Source: Candidatus Marinacidobacterales bacterium
Lineage (GTDB): Bacteria; Acidobacteriota; Vicinamibacteria; Marinacidobacterales; DATDRI01
Length of the DNA: 64,000 nucleotides
Assembly (NCBI GenBank): GCA_965219415.1
Contig: OZ244742.1
Span: 384,001-448,000 of the forward strand
Direction: 5' to 3'
This document shows positions 26,197-35,234 of the stretch, piece by piece. Positions within the stretch are counted from its first letter, which is position 1, and each line of letters begins with the position of its first letter. The position numbers were made by a program, and so were the translations under genes. The notes below the pieces were generated by a model, which had not been told where the DNA came from, searched no databases, and saw only the letters and a list, made by a program, of their open reading frames with translations.

Positions 26197-27051
26197 TCAG
26201 GGACGTAGTGCGCTTTCTAGTGCGACCGCAGCATCGGTTCCGGGATCGCGGTACTTGACGATGATGGGCGCGTAGAGATGGAGACCCTCCCGCGAGGCAA
26301 GGCTTCCCCGCGCCGGACGGCTGCCCGGTACAACCACCGCGCCTCGAGGTATGGTCAAGGGGGAATCCTCGCTTGCTCGCAGCACGGTTTCGTTCACTAG
26401 ATCATAGACGGGCGTGGACCGAGTCAATATCGTCCCTGGTGCCAATACCGCTTCCTTTTTAACAATTGTGCCTTCGTAGACGCCGCAGTTCCCTCCCACC
26501 AGAACGCGGTCCTCGATGATCACCGGCATCGCTCCCACCGGCTCGAGAACCCCACCAATCTGCGCAGCGGCAGAAACGTGCACGCGCTTGCCGACCTGAG
26601 CGCAGGACCCCACCAATGCGTGCGAGTCGATCATCGTGCCTTCGTCCACGTAGGCTCCGACGTTCACATACATCGGTGGCATGCAGACGACTCCTCGGCC
26701 GACGAAGGCGCCGGCCCGAATCGAAGAACCGCCCGGTACCACCCGAACCTGCTCGTCGAGCTCTAAGTCCCGAAGCGGAAACGTATGCTTGTCGAAGAAT
26801 CGCATCGGCGGCTTCTTGAAGGAGAAGTCCTCTGTTCGTCCGAGGCGGAATCCCAGCAGAATCCCCTTCTTCACCCAGGTGTTGACGACCCAACCATGAG
26901 GCCCCGGTTCCGCGGCACGCACCTCGCCTCGGGACAGCATCGCCCTGAACTCGAGGAAAGAGCTCTCGGCATCTGATGGGAGGTCGGAACCCTCGAGCTC
27001 GAATAGACGCTCGATGGTTTCTCGCAGAGCGAGCTTAGCCTTCGACGTCAC
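26197..27051 (-). CDS. dapD: tetrahydrodipicolinate N-succinyltransferase
   Basis: WVVNTWVKKGILLGFR, RVVPGG, VNVGAYVD, GSCAQVG, IGGVLEP. Confidence 0.95.
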   Translation of the reverse strand: MTSKAKLALRETIERLFELEGSDLPSDAESSFLEFRAMLSRGEVRAAEPGPHGWVVNTWVKKGILLGFRLGRTEDFSFKKPPMRFFDKHTFPLRDLELDEQVRVVPGGSSIRAGAFVGRGVVCMPPMYVNVGAYVDEGTMIDSHALVGSCAQVGKRVHVSAAAQIGGVLEPVGAMPVIIEDRVLVGGNCGVYEGTIVKKEAVLAPGTILTRSTPVYDLVNETVLRASEDSPLTIPRGAVVVPGSRPARGSLASREGLHLYAPIIVKYRDPGTDAAVALESALRP

Positions 27052-27053
27052 CG

Positions 27054-27962
27054 TTAGCTCCTGTTACGCGTCAACGCTTCGACCAAATCCAGTTGCAGCA
27101 GGTGCTCACGAAGTCGACCGCGGTTCTCTGCGCTCATTGGCACCAGCGGAAGCCGGTAGTGTTCGCCGATAAGCCCCATCATCGCCAGAGCGGCCTTGAT
27201 CGGGATGGGGTTGGTCTCGATGAAATTAGCGTTCATCAATCCTAATAGCTGGAAATGGATCTCCCGGGCTTCGGCCAGTCTCCCCGCCAACGCCTCCCGG
27301 ACCATCCGACTCATCAGCATAGGCACTTCGTTCGAGACCACCGAGATCACTCCATCGCCCCCTAGTGCCAGAATCGGAAAGGTCAGATTATCCTCCCCGG
27401 AAAAAATACTGAAGCCTTCGGGTCGGCGCGCCAGGATCTCCATCACTTGAATGAGGTCCCCCGATGCCTCTTTGACCCCGCGAATGTTCTCGTGCTCGGC
27501 GAGGCGCATAAGGGTCGCGGGCGAAAGATTGGCGCTGGTGCGACCCGGAACGTTGTAGACGATCACCGGTATTTCGATCGCATCAGCCAATTCGGAGAAA
27601 TGTCGAAACAAGCCCTCTTGAGTAGGTTTGTTGTAATAAGGAACAACGGAGAGGATCCCCTCCACCCCCAACGAAGCGACTGCGCGGGCCTGAGCCACGA
27701 CCCTTTCCGTGTTGTTCCCGCCAACGCCGGCGATCACCCGAACCCGCGTGTCGACGCGGTCTCGCACTACTTGGGTAACGCGGAGCTGCTCCTCGCCGCT
27801 CAGCGTGACGCTTTCCCCCGTCGTGCCGCAAGGAACGATCCCCTCCACTCCTCCGTCGATTTGAAGCTCCACGAGCCTCTCCAGCGCCCGTTCGTCCACG
27901 GCGCCGTCGGCTCTAAAGGGGGTCACCACCGCAGTATAAGTTCCCTGCCACGGTTCACTCAT
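27054..27962 (-). CDS. dapA: 4-hydroxy-tetrahydrodipicolinate synthase
   Basis: CGTTGES, PYYNKPTQEG, YNVPGRT, KEASG, ETNPIPIK. Confidence 0.96.
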   Translation of the reverse strand: MSEPWQGTYTAVVTPFRADGAVDERALERLVELQIDGGVEGIVPCGTTGESVTLSGEEQLRVTQVVRDRVDTRVRVIAGVGGNNTERVVAQARAVASLGVEGILSVVPYYNKPTQEGLFRHFSELADAIEIPVIVYNVPGRTSANLSPATLMRLAEHENIRGVKEASGDLIQVMEILARRPEGFSIFSGEDNLTFPILALGGDGVISVVSNEVPMLMSRMVREALAGRLAEAREIHFQLLGLMNANFIETNPIPIKAALAMMGLIGEHYRLPLVPMSAENRGRLREHLLQLDLVEALTRNRS

Positions 27963-27965
27963 GGC

Positions 27966-28703
27966 TCACTCCAATTCCAACAAATCAGCGAACTCAAAGA
28001 CGCCCTTCTTGCCCCGGACCCACCCCGCGGCAAAAAGCGCACCTCGCGCAAAGCCCTCTCGATTGCGAGCGGTGTGCACTATTTCCACACTGTCGGCCGA
28101 ACTATCAAAGCCAAGCTCGTGCCGACCTGACGCTCCTCCTGCTCTTAGCGAAGAGACATGAAGCGCCTCGGGGTCGATTTTCCCCTCCGGGTTTCCGATC
28201 TGCGTACGGGTTTTACGATCCGTGCTAGCGACGACGATTTCCGACAAACGCAAGGCTGTACCACTGGGCGCATCAACCTTCTCCCGATGGTGATGCTCGA
28301 CGACGTAGGGGTCGTACTCGGAGAATGGGTCGAAGAGTCCAGTGGCGAACTTGGCGAGCTTCAAAAAGAGATTAGCCCCGATCGAAAAATTCGCGCCGTA
28401 GACGAGCGCCGTTTTGTTCACCTCGATCAATTGGCGTGCTTCTCCGAGGCGATCGTACCACCCGGTGGTGCCCACTACGATGGGGACACCGGCCTCTGCT
28501 ACTCGGCGGATGTTCTCGACCACGGCTTCGGGCCAGCTGAAGTCTATGACGACCTCGACCCCGGTCAGAGCCTCCTTGGTGAGACCTATCCCGTCCGGGT
28601 TCGAGTATTCGTCTAAGGAGAGCCGGACCTCGTGCTGGCCTTGAAGCGCCAGCCGCTCCACCTCGGTGCCCATGCGACCTTGGCCGGTGAGACCCAGAAT
28701 CAA
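27966..28703 (-). CDS. dapB: 4-hydroxy-tetrahydrodipicolinate reductase
   Basis: GQGRMG, VVGTTGW, ANFSIG, EHHHREKVDAPSGTA, HTARNREGFARGA; TTG start overlaps the lysC stop. Confidence 0.93.
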   Translation of the reverse strand: MILGLTGQGRMGTEVERLALQGQHEVRLSLDEYSNPDGIGLTKEALTGVEVVIDFSWPEAVVENIRRVAEAGVPIVVGTTGWYDRLGEARQLIEVNKTALVYGANFSIGANLFLKLAKFATGLFDPFSEYDPYVVEHHHREKVDAPSGTALRLSEIVVASTDRKTRTQIGNPEGKIDPEALHVSSLRAGGASGRHELGFDSSADSVEIVHTARNREGFARGALFAAGWVRGKKGVFEFADLLELE

Positions 28704-30103
28704 GGCACCATCTCCGTATCCACCGATTCGAAGACTTCGGGTTGATCGATACCCGTGAAAAACTCGCGGTGCAACCGTTTGACCGACTCGTCGGCATCTC
28801 CCTCGCGCACGACGAAGGAGAGATTCATTTCCGATGCCCCCTGAGAGATCATCCTCACGTTGATGTCCCCAAGGGCACCGAAGGTGCGAGCAGCGATGCG
28901 CGGAGTAGAGCGGATCTCCTCCCCCACCAGGCACACGATGGCGCAACCTCTTTCCACCGTCACCTCGGAAAACTGCTCGAGCTCCGCGACGATAGACGAT
29001 ATCTTCTCAACCGAATCGACGGTCAAGGAAACGCTGACCTCGGAAGTCGAGACCAGGTCGACTGGAACCTCGTGACGATCGAAGAGCTCGAACATAGATC
29101 TAAGGAAACCGTGGGCCATCAGCATCCGGAGCGACTTGACGTCGATGAGGGTGATGCCTTTCTTGGTAGCGATGGACTTGACCGCGACTCCGGATTTCCG
29201 CGCCCGAGAAGCGATGGTGGTCCCACTGGCTGACGGTCGGCGTGAATTCAATATGCGAACGGGGATGTTGCGGGAGACCGCGGGCTCGATGGTGGCTGGA
29301 TGGAGCACCCGAGCTCCGAAGTACGCGAGCTCCGCCGCCTCGGCGAAGGACAGTTCTCGGATCTTCTTGCCCTCCGGTACTAGACGGTGGTCGGCGGTGA
29401 GCACCCCGTCTACGTCGGTCCAGATCTGTATTTCGTCGGCTCCAAGGGCGGCTCCCAGCAGAGCGGCGCTGTAATCGGATCCTCCGCGGCCTAACGTGGT
29501 GGGCTCACCTTCATCGGTGGCGCCCACGAAGCCTTCGATGATTGGAATCTTGCCTGCCCCCAATACCGGAGCGATCAAATCCTGGCATCTCAGCGCAAGG
29601 GTCCCGGCGTCGGGTCTAGCTTTGCCGAAACGCGAATCGGTGCGCATCACCTCGCGGGCATCAACTAGTTCGGCGTCGAGGCCTCGCGCCTCAGCAGCGG
29701 CGGTTAGCAAGTGGACCGAAAGGCGTTCGCCGTAGCTCACGATCGCATCCTGGATACGGGGGGTAAGTTCGCGCAGCAAGACGACTCCTCGAGTGAAGTC
29801 GCCGAGCTCCTCCGCGTAGCGCGCGACAACATCTGCAACCTCACGCTCGGTGGACTTCGAAAGGCCCAAGTCGAACAAGATCCACCGGTGTCGGCTCACC
29901 AACTGGGACAACACCTCCTCCGCGGCGCGAGTATCACCGGAGAGTGCCGTCTGTCCCATGGCCAACAAGGAGTTTGTAGCTCCCGCGATAGCGGAGACCA
30001 CAACCACCGGATGGCGCTCCTTCTCCTTTTCCACGATCTCGATCACGCGCCGCATGGCGGGACCATCCTGCACCGACGTACCGCCGAACTTCATCACGAT
30101 CAT
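28700..30103 (-). CDS. lysC: aspartate kinase (two ACT domains)
   Basis: MKFGGTSV, TTLGRGGSDYSA, WTDVDG, GARVLHP, STSEVSVS, ISQGASE. Confidence 0.96.
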   Translation of the reverse strand: MIVMKFGGTSVQDGPAMRRVIEIVEKEKERHPVVVVSAIAGATNSLLAMGQTALSGDTRAAEEVLSQLVSRHRWILFDLGLSKSTEREVADVVARYAEELGDFTRGVVLLRELTPRIQDAIVSYGERLSVHLLTAAAEARGLDAELVDAREVMRTDSRFGKARPDAGTLALRCQDLIAPVLGAGKIPIIEGFVGATDEGEPTTLGRGGSDYSAALLGAALGADEIQIWTDVDGVLTADHRLVPEGKKIRELSFAEAAELAYFGARVLHPATIEPAVSRNIPVRILNSRRPSASGTTIASRARKSGVAVKSIATKKGITLIDVKSLRMLMAHGFLRSMFELFDRHEVPVDLVSTSEVSVSLTVDSVEKISSIVAELEQFSEVTVERGCAIVCLVGEEIRSTPRIAARTFGALGDINVRMISQGASEMNLSFVVREGDADESVKRLHREFFTGIDQPEVFESVDTEMVP

Positions 30104-31203
30104 GAAAACTCGCCCCCGATCAGTCCTCGCGCCATGGCTAGCTCGGCGTTCAGGATCGAGCCCCCCGCCGCACCTCGAACCGTGTTGTGACCGAGCAAGG
30201 TCATTTTAAAATTGAGGACTGGGCATGGACGCAGCCGCCCCACGATCGTGGCCATGGCGTTCTCACGATAGAGATCCAACATAGGTTGGGGCCGGTCGGG
30301 GCCGTCGAGAACCACGATCGGATGCTGCGGAGCGGTTGGGAGATCCAGCTCCTGAGGCTCCCCGCGAAAAGAAACCAGCGCGTCGTGAATTTTCTCAAGG
30401 CTTGCCGGTTGAGTCGTCTCGAACGAAACGGACTCGGTGTGGCCGTCGAAAACAGGCACTCGGTTGACCTGCGCGGAAAGCTTCATGGACGCCGGTTCAA
30501 CCACCCCCTCCCCCAACTTACCCAAGATCTTTTGCGTCTCCGTTTCCATCTTCTCTTCTTCCCCGGCGATGAAAGGGATCACGTTTCCTAGAATGTCCAT
30601 CGACGGAAGCCCCGGATATCCCGCCCCCGAGACCGCCTGAAGGGTAACGACCGAGAGTCGTCGCAGCCCGAAGGCCCGCTCGAGGGGTGCCAAAGCCATG
30701 GCAAGCACGGTAGTCGAGCAGTTGGCGTTAGTGATGATGAAGCCACGACCCGGCAACTCACGCAGCTTCTTCTGCTTCTCGATCAGCCCCAAATGCTCCG
30801 GGTTGATCTCGGGAATCAGGAGTGGAACGTCGGGCTCCAAACGATAGCTTCGGGCGTTGCTGAAAACCGGCACACCGGCCTTGGCCCAAGCCATTTCTAT
30901 CTCGGGGGCGACCGAAGCAGTGAGCGCCGAGAAAGCGAGGTCTGTCTCGCCGTCCGGTTCCATCCCTTCCACGACTTCGTTTGCTATCTTCTCCGGAATG
31001 GGTGAGGCAAGACGCCACCCACAAGCATCCTGATAACGCTTGCCCGCCGATCGCTCCGAAGCGGCAAGTCGAGCCACCTCGAACCACGGATGCGACGCCA
31101 AGAGCTCGATGAATCTCTGCCCGACTGCACCGGTGGCTCCCAAGATCGCCACTTTCAATCTTGGTTGGCTTGGTTGGCGTGGTTGGCTTGGTTGCCTCGT
31201 CAC
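30100..31203 (-). CDS. asd: aspartate-semialdehyde dehydrogenase
   Basis: LGATGAVGQRF, NANCST, QAVSGAGY, RVPVFDGH, HNTVRGAAGGS. Confidence 0.96.
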   Translation of the reverse strand: MTRQPSQPRQPSQPRLKVAILGATGAVGQRFIELLASHPWFEVARLAASERSAGKRYQDACGWRLASPIPEKIANEVVEGMEPDGETDLAFSALTASVAPEIEMAWAKAGVPVFSNARSYRLEPDVPLLIPEINPEHLGLIEKQKKLRELPGRGFIITNANCSTTVLAMALAPLERAFGLRRLSVVTLQAVSGAGYPGLPSMDILGNVIPFIAGEEEKMETETQKILGKLGEGVVEPASMKLSAQVNRVPVFDGHTESVSFETTQPASLEKIHDALVSFRGEPQELDLPTAPQHPIVVLDGPDRPQPMLDLYRENAMATIVGRLRPCPVLNFKMTLLGHNTVRGAAGGSILNAELAMARGLIGGEFS

Positions 31204-32210
31204 TCGGCTTGCTCCAATAGGCCAATCGCCGCCTGCTGATAAAGCTCTACCGCTCGCAGTGCCTCTTGCTTGCTTATTTTCTCTTCGGAAGTATGCGCAT
31301 CGTGGATCGAACCCGGCCCGAATAGCAAGGGTTTTCCGAACTCGGTAAGCGAGGGGATGTCGGTACCGAAGGCCATCGGGGCAACTTCGAACTCCGGCAG
31401 AGTCTCGCAGAGCACCGCGTCTTTTTTTGACAGGACCTCGTAACTGAGGTTCGGAGTATCGCCGAGTGCCTCCACGAGCTTGTCTTCCACCTCTGATGCT
31501 TTCCCAACCACCCTCACAAGAACTCCCGCCGCCGCTTCCGGTGCGATGACGTTGGGGGCCAGGCCCCCAGAAAGAGTACCGATGTTCACCGTCGCCGGCC
31601 CGAGCACCTCACTCCGTCCCCAGTCAATCTTCCGAATCTTCTGCAGTGCATCCAGGAGCCGATCGGTAGCCGAGTCGCCGAGATGCGGATACGCGGAGTG
31701 AGCGGCCCGCCCCTTCGCTCGCAGTATGAAATAGAAGGTGCCCTTGTGTCCGGATGCCATTCGACTCTCCGTGGGCTCACCGACCAGAACGTATCTAGAG
31801 CCGGGCTTCAGGAGGTTGGCGGTCATCGCTCCGATACTGTCGACTTCCTCACCCACCACGAACAGAAGCCCCACCCCTTCGATGCCCTTCTCACGGAGGC
31901 CGACAACCGCTTCCACCATCGCCGCCATGCACCCTTTTGCATCGCAGGAACCGCGACCGTAGATATACCGATCGTCCTCGGAGCTCGAGTAGAACGGTGG
32001 GACGGTGTCCAGATGAGTGCAGAGCACCACTTCCGGTGAACCGTTGGTGAGGGCGTAGACGTTGTGACGATCGGCCTCCACCTCCTGCATGGTGACGCGG
32101 AAACCGCGCTGGCCCAAAGTTTTTTCCAGAAACCGGGCTACCTCGGCTTCGTCACCGGTCACCGACGGGATATCGATGAGCTCGCGGATGAAGGAGAACA
32201 GCGAGCTCAT
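31200..32210 (-). CDS. M20 family metallo-hydrolase, probable DapE-role deacylase
   Basis: HLDTVP, GRGSCDAKG, GEE, GEPT, AHS, GPGSIHDAHT; first gene of the dap operon. Confidence 0.85.
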   Translation of the reverse strand: MSSLFSFIRELIDIPSVTGDEAEVARFLEKTLGQRGFRVTMQEVEADRHNVYALTNGSPEVVLCTHLDTVPPFYSSSEDDRYIYGRGSCDAKGCMAAMVEAVVGLREKGIEGVGLLFVVGEEVDSIGAMTANLLKPGSRYVLVGEPTESRMASGHKGTFYFILRAKGRAAHSAYPHLGDSATDRLLDALQKIRKIDWGRSEVLGPATVNIGTLSGGLAPNVIAPEAAAGVLVRVVGKASEVEDKLVEALGDTPNLSYEVLSKKDAVLCETLPEFEVAPMAFGTDIPSLTEFGKPLLFGPGSIHDAHTSEEKISKQEALRAVELYQQAAIGLLEQAE

Positions 32211-32307
32211 TCTTCCAAAACCGGCAGGGGTACGGCAGAGGAATCGTTGGGGGTCGTTAAAACTCGCAACACGTGCTCATATTAGCACGCGCGGGCAACA
32301 CTTAGTG

Positions 32308-32435
32308 CTCGCTCGCGGCCCTCGCTCCTCGCTCGCGGCCCTCGCTCCTCGCTCGGGCCTAAGAACCGGCCAGGTTCCCTTGCCCGCCTCGTTACGACTC
32401 GGCAATTCCTCCTGGCCGGCCGCCCTTCGGGCGGC
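32308..32435. repeat. tandem 20-mer plus nested inverted repeats (REP-like)
   Basis: CTCGCTCGCGGCCCTCGCTC x2 plus a partial third; CCGGCCAGG (32366) / CCTGGCCGG (32411); GCCGCCC-TTC-GGGCGGC (32419-32435). Confidence 0.7.
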
Positions 32436-32829
32436 TACCTTTCTATCTCCGAAGCCAGCATCACCGTCCGGCCCTCGGGATCGGTCGTGGTGATCACACG
32501 GTGCCCCCACGGCATCTCCTCGGGGGGACCGAAGAAACCGACACCCTTGGCGACCAACTTCGCGTAGACACGATCGACATCCTCGACCATGAAGTAGAGG
32601 GTCGGCTCCTTGGGATGCGGCTGCTCGCCGAGCATTCCAGGATTCGGCGGCATGAACCCCAGGCTAGCGCCGCTCGCCGTCCGAACATACAGGTAGTTGA
32701 GCTTGGGGTCATGGCGAAAGAGCTGAAAGCCGAGTATATCGGTGTAGAACTTTTTCACCTGATCGAGCCTGAAGGTCAAAAAGTCCAAATGCTGAGATTT
32801 GAGACCAATCGCATTGGGTATCTTGACAC
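32435..32829 (-). CDS. VOC/glyoxalase family protein
   Basis: KKFYTDILGF, LYFMVEDVDRVY, PEEMPWGHRVITTTDPEG. The frame is open upstream (KIPNAIG) without an in-frame ATG; the start may be GTG 32829 via a 1-nt error, or TTG 32788. Confidence 0.8.
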
Positions 32830-32898
32830 CGCCCGATTAGCGACGAGCGGTCTTGGCCCGACAAGTCCAGAAATAGATGTTTCTGTCGGGCCCTGACT

Positions 32899-33010
32899 GG
32901 CGCCAAAATGTCCAGTTGCTACTATCGGCCTGGCCAGGCGCCTCTCACACCGTGATCGGCGCCAAAATATCTCGTTGCTAGAATTCGGCCTGGCCAGGCG
33001 CCTCCCAAAC
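32899..33010. repeat. imperfect ~52 bp tandem duplication overlapping the amrS stop
   Basis: 32899-32950 vs 32958-33010 share GGCGCCAAAAT, GTTGCTA and an identical TCGGCCTGGCCAGGCGCCTC. Confidence 0.9.
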
Positions 33011-34057
33011 GCCTGGCACGGCATGCCGGCAGCTCGGGCAGTTTCCACTCTGCAACGTGTTTTTGAGGATCGTGTAACCGACCCGCTCGATGACGAGCTT
33101 TTCGCATCCAGGACAGAACGTATTCTCCCACCGGCCGACATGACCGGGAAGATTGCCCGCATAGACGAAGGAGAGACCCTCCGAGGCGCCGATCTCAGCG
33201 GCGCGAAGTAGAATTTCGGTCGTCGTGTTGTCTGGCGCCGTCATCTTGTAGTCCTTGTGGAAGGCGGTGACGTGCCATGGAATATCGGGAGAGACGGAAG
33301 ACAGGAAGGATGCGATGTCTCGGAGCTCCTCGTCAGAATCGTTGAAGCCGGGGACGATCAGGGTGACGACCTCGACCCAGAACCCCATTCCTTTGGCTGA
33401 TTCGATCGTTTCCAAAACGTTACTTAGAACGCCCCCCAACTTTCGATAGTTCTTTTCTCGGAAACCCTTGAGGTCTACTTTGAAAAGATCAACGTAAGGG
33501 TGAATGTACTTCAAGACTTCCGGCGTCCCGTTTCCGTTCGAGACGTAGGCGCAGCGGAATCCCTCTAGCCTGGCCCGCCGGAAAATGTCGATGGCCCACT
33601 CACTCGTGATCAAGGGTTCGTTGTAGGTGCTCGCCAGAGTGCTGGCACCGTAGCGCCGGGCCAAGCCAACCAGCTCCTCACCCGTACAACTCTTCGGAGC
33701 GGACACCGCGCGCGGATCGCGCAACGCTTGCGACGTGAGCCAATTTTGGCAATAGCTGCAGTGGAAGTCGCACCCCAACATGCCGAACGACAACGCGTCG
33801 GTCCCCGGCATAGCATGGAAGAATGGTTTCTTCTCGATTGGATCGCATTGCAGCGCTCCCACATAGCCCCAGGGAACCATCAGGACGCCGTCCTGGTTGG
33901 AGCGAACTTTGCAAATTCCGAGCCTGCCCTCGGGAATCAAACATCGGTGACCGCAGGAAAAGCAACGAACCCTATCGTCGGGGAGTTTCTCGTAGAGCTC
34001 ACCTTCCCGAGTTTGCTGGGAGAGGACCCCTGCGAGCGTAGAGTTTTCGGTGGTCAT
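32978..34057 (-). CDS. amrS: AmmeMemoRadiSam system radical SAM enzyme
   Basis: N-terminal CxxCxxxC...GICKVR, DPIEKKPFFH, GCDFHCSYCQNW, STYNEP, C-terminal CxxC...CxxC. Confidence 0.92.
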   Translation of the reverse strand: MTTENSTLAGVLSQQTREGELYEKLPDDRVRCFSCGHRCLIPEGRLGICKVRSNQDGVLMVPWGYVGALQCDPIEKKPFFHAMPGTDALSFGMLGCDFHCSYCQNWLTSQALRDPRAVSAPKSCTGEELVGLARRYGASTLASTYNEPLITSEWAIDIFRRARLEGFRCAYVSNGNGTPEVLKYIHPYVDLFKVDLKGFREKNYRKLGGVLSNVLETIESAKGMGFWVEVVTLIVPGFNDSDEELRDIASFLSSVSPDIPWHVTAFHKDYKMTAPDNTTTEILLRAAEIGASEGLSFVYAGNLPGHVGRWENTFCPGCEKLVIERVGYTILKNTLQSGNCPSCRHAVPGVWEAPGQAEF

Positions 34058-34151
34058 GGAAGGTATCTATCGGGCGTCGGACTCATGATCGACTCTACAT
34101 CCGGTCCTCGATTCTCGCAACTTCTGGTAACCGCGAGGAGAGCGGAGGAGC

Positions 34152-35222
34152 CTACTCGGAGAGCGACTTCCAGAAGCGACTGTGCGTCTCGCGGATGGCT
34201 GCCATCAGAGGCTTAGCCTGCTTGTCGAACTTGGCTTGACTCGCTGGCTCGAAATTTTCCTCATCCCCGGAAAGGCCGGCCATGACCTGCAGTACCGAAA
34301 CCATCGACTGCTCGAGACCCGGCAGGTGATACCCTCCTTCCAGCGCGAACACCGCCTTCCCGCCACAGGTGGCGTTGGCGACGGCAAGGATCTCCCGGGT
34401 CAAGGCCGCGAAACCCCTCTCGGTAAGGCCCATGCTTCCCAACGGATCTTTGAAGTACGCGTCGAACCCGGCAGAGACCAACACCAATTGCGGCGCGTAC
34501 TCGCGTGCAACCGGCCCGATGATCGACCGGAAGATCGATACATACTCGGCATCGCCCATTCCCGCCGGCATGGGAGCATTGAGTGTGTAACCCTCCCCCG
34601 CATCCCTGCCAATTTCTTCGAGGGAGCCCGTGCCCGGATAGTGCGGCCACTGGTGAGTCGATACGTATAGGACCTCGGGTGACGTGTAAAACGCCTTTTG
34701 CGTTCCGTTTCCGTGGTGTAAATCGAAATCGACGATCAAGACCCTTTCTAAGTTCCGCGTGCGGATCGCATGCAGCGCCGCGATCGCGATGTTATTGAAA
34801 AGGCAAAAACCCATGGCCTTGTCCGGCTTGGCGTGGTGACCGGGTGGTCGCACTAGTGCGAAAGCGTTCTCCAACTCGTCAGCCATCACCGCATCCACAG
34901 CTGAGAGGACCCCTCCTACCGCAAGCAAGGCGGTGTCCGCTGATTCGGGCGACGTGACTGTGTCGTTGTCGAGGTAGGTCTGCTCTTTACCCCGCGTATC
35001 CATGACTTCGTCGAAGTGGCGCTCGGTGTGAACGAGGAGCACTTCCTCTCGCACTGCGACGCGAGGTTCAAGAGAGACCAATTTTTCCGCAAGGCTCGGT
35101 GCAGCCAACGCGCGGGCCGCTGCGTCCATGCGACTCGGGCTTTCGGGATGCCCATCGCCGGTTCGATGGTCTTTGAACCGAGGAGTGTAGACGACGCCGG
35201 TCGATCGCGAGGAGCTAATCAC
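34152..35222 (-). CDS. zinc-dependent histone deacetylase family protein
   Basis: HPESPSR, RPPGHHA, GFCLFNN, DFDLHHGNGTQ, SAGFD, LEGGY. Confidence 0.95.
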   Translation of the reverse strand: MISSSRSTGVVYTPRFKDHRTGDGHPESPSRMDAAARALAAPSLAEKLVSLEPRVAVREEVLLVHTERHFDEVMDTRGKEQTYLDNDTVTSPESADTALLAVGGVLSAVDAVMADELENAFALVRPPGHHAKPDKAMGFCLFNNIAIAALHAIRTRNLERVLIVDFDLHHGNGTQKAFYTSPEVLYVSTHQWPHYPGTGSLEEIGRDAGEGYTLNAPMPAGMGDAEYVSIFRSIIGPVAREYAPQLVLVSAGFDAYFKDPLGSMGLTERGFAALTREILAVANATCGGKAVFALEGGYHLPGLEQSMVSVLQVMAGLSGDEENFEPASQAKFDKQAKPLMAAIRETHSRFWKSLSE

Positions 35223-35234
35223 CGCCTCCGTTTC

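Noticed and set aside
32211-32434. Lysine riboswitch upstream of the dap operon
   Set aside because: L-box hallmark motifs and terminator architecture were not seen.
32899-33010. CRISPR mini-array or DGR template/variable repeat pair
   Set aside because: Only two copies, a 7 bp gap, differences not adenine-specific, and no cas or reverse transcriptase gene in the window.
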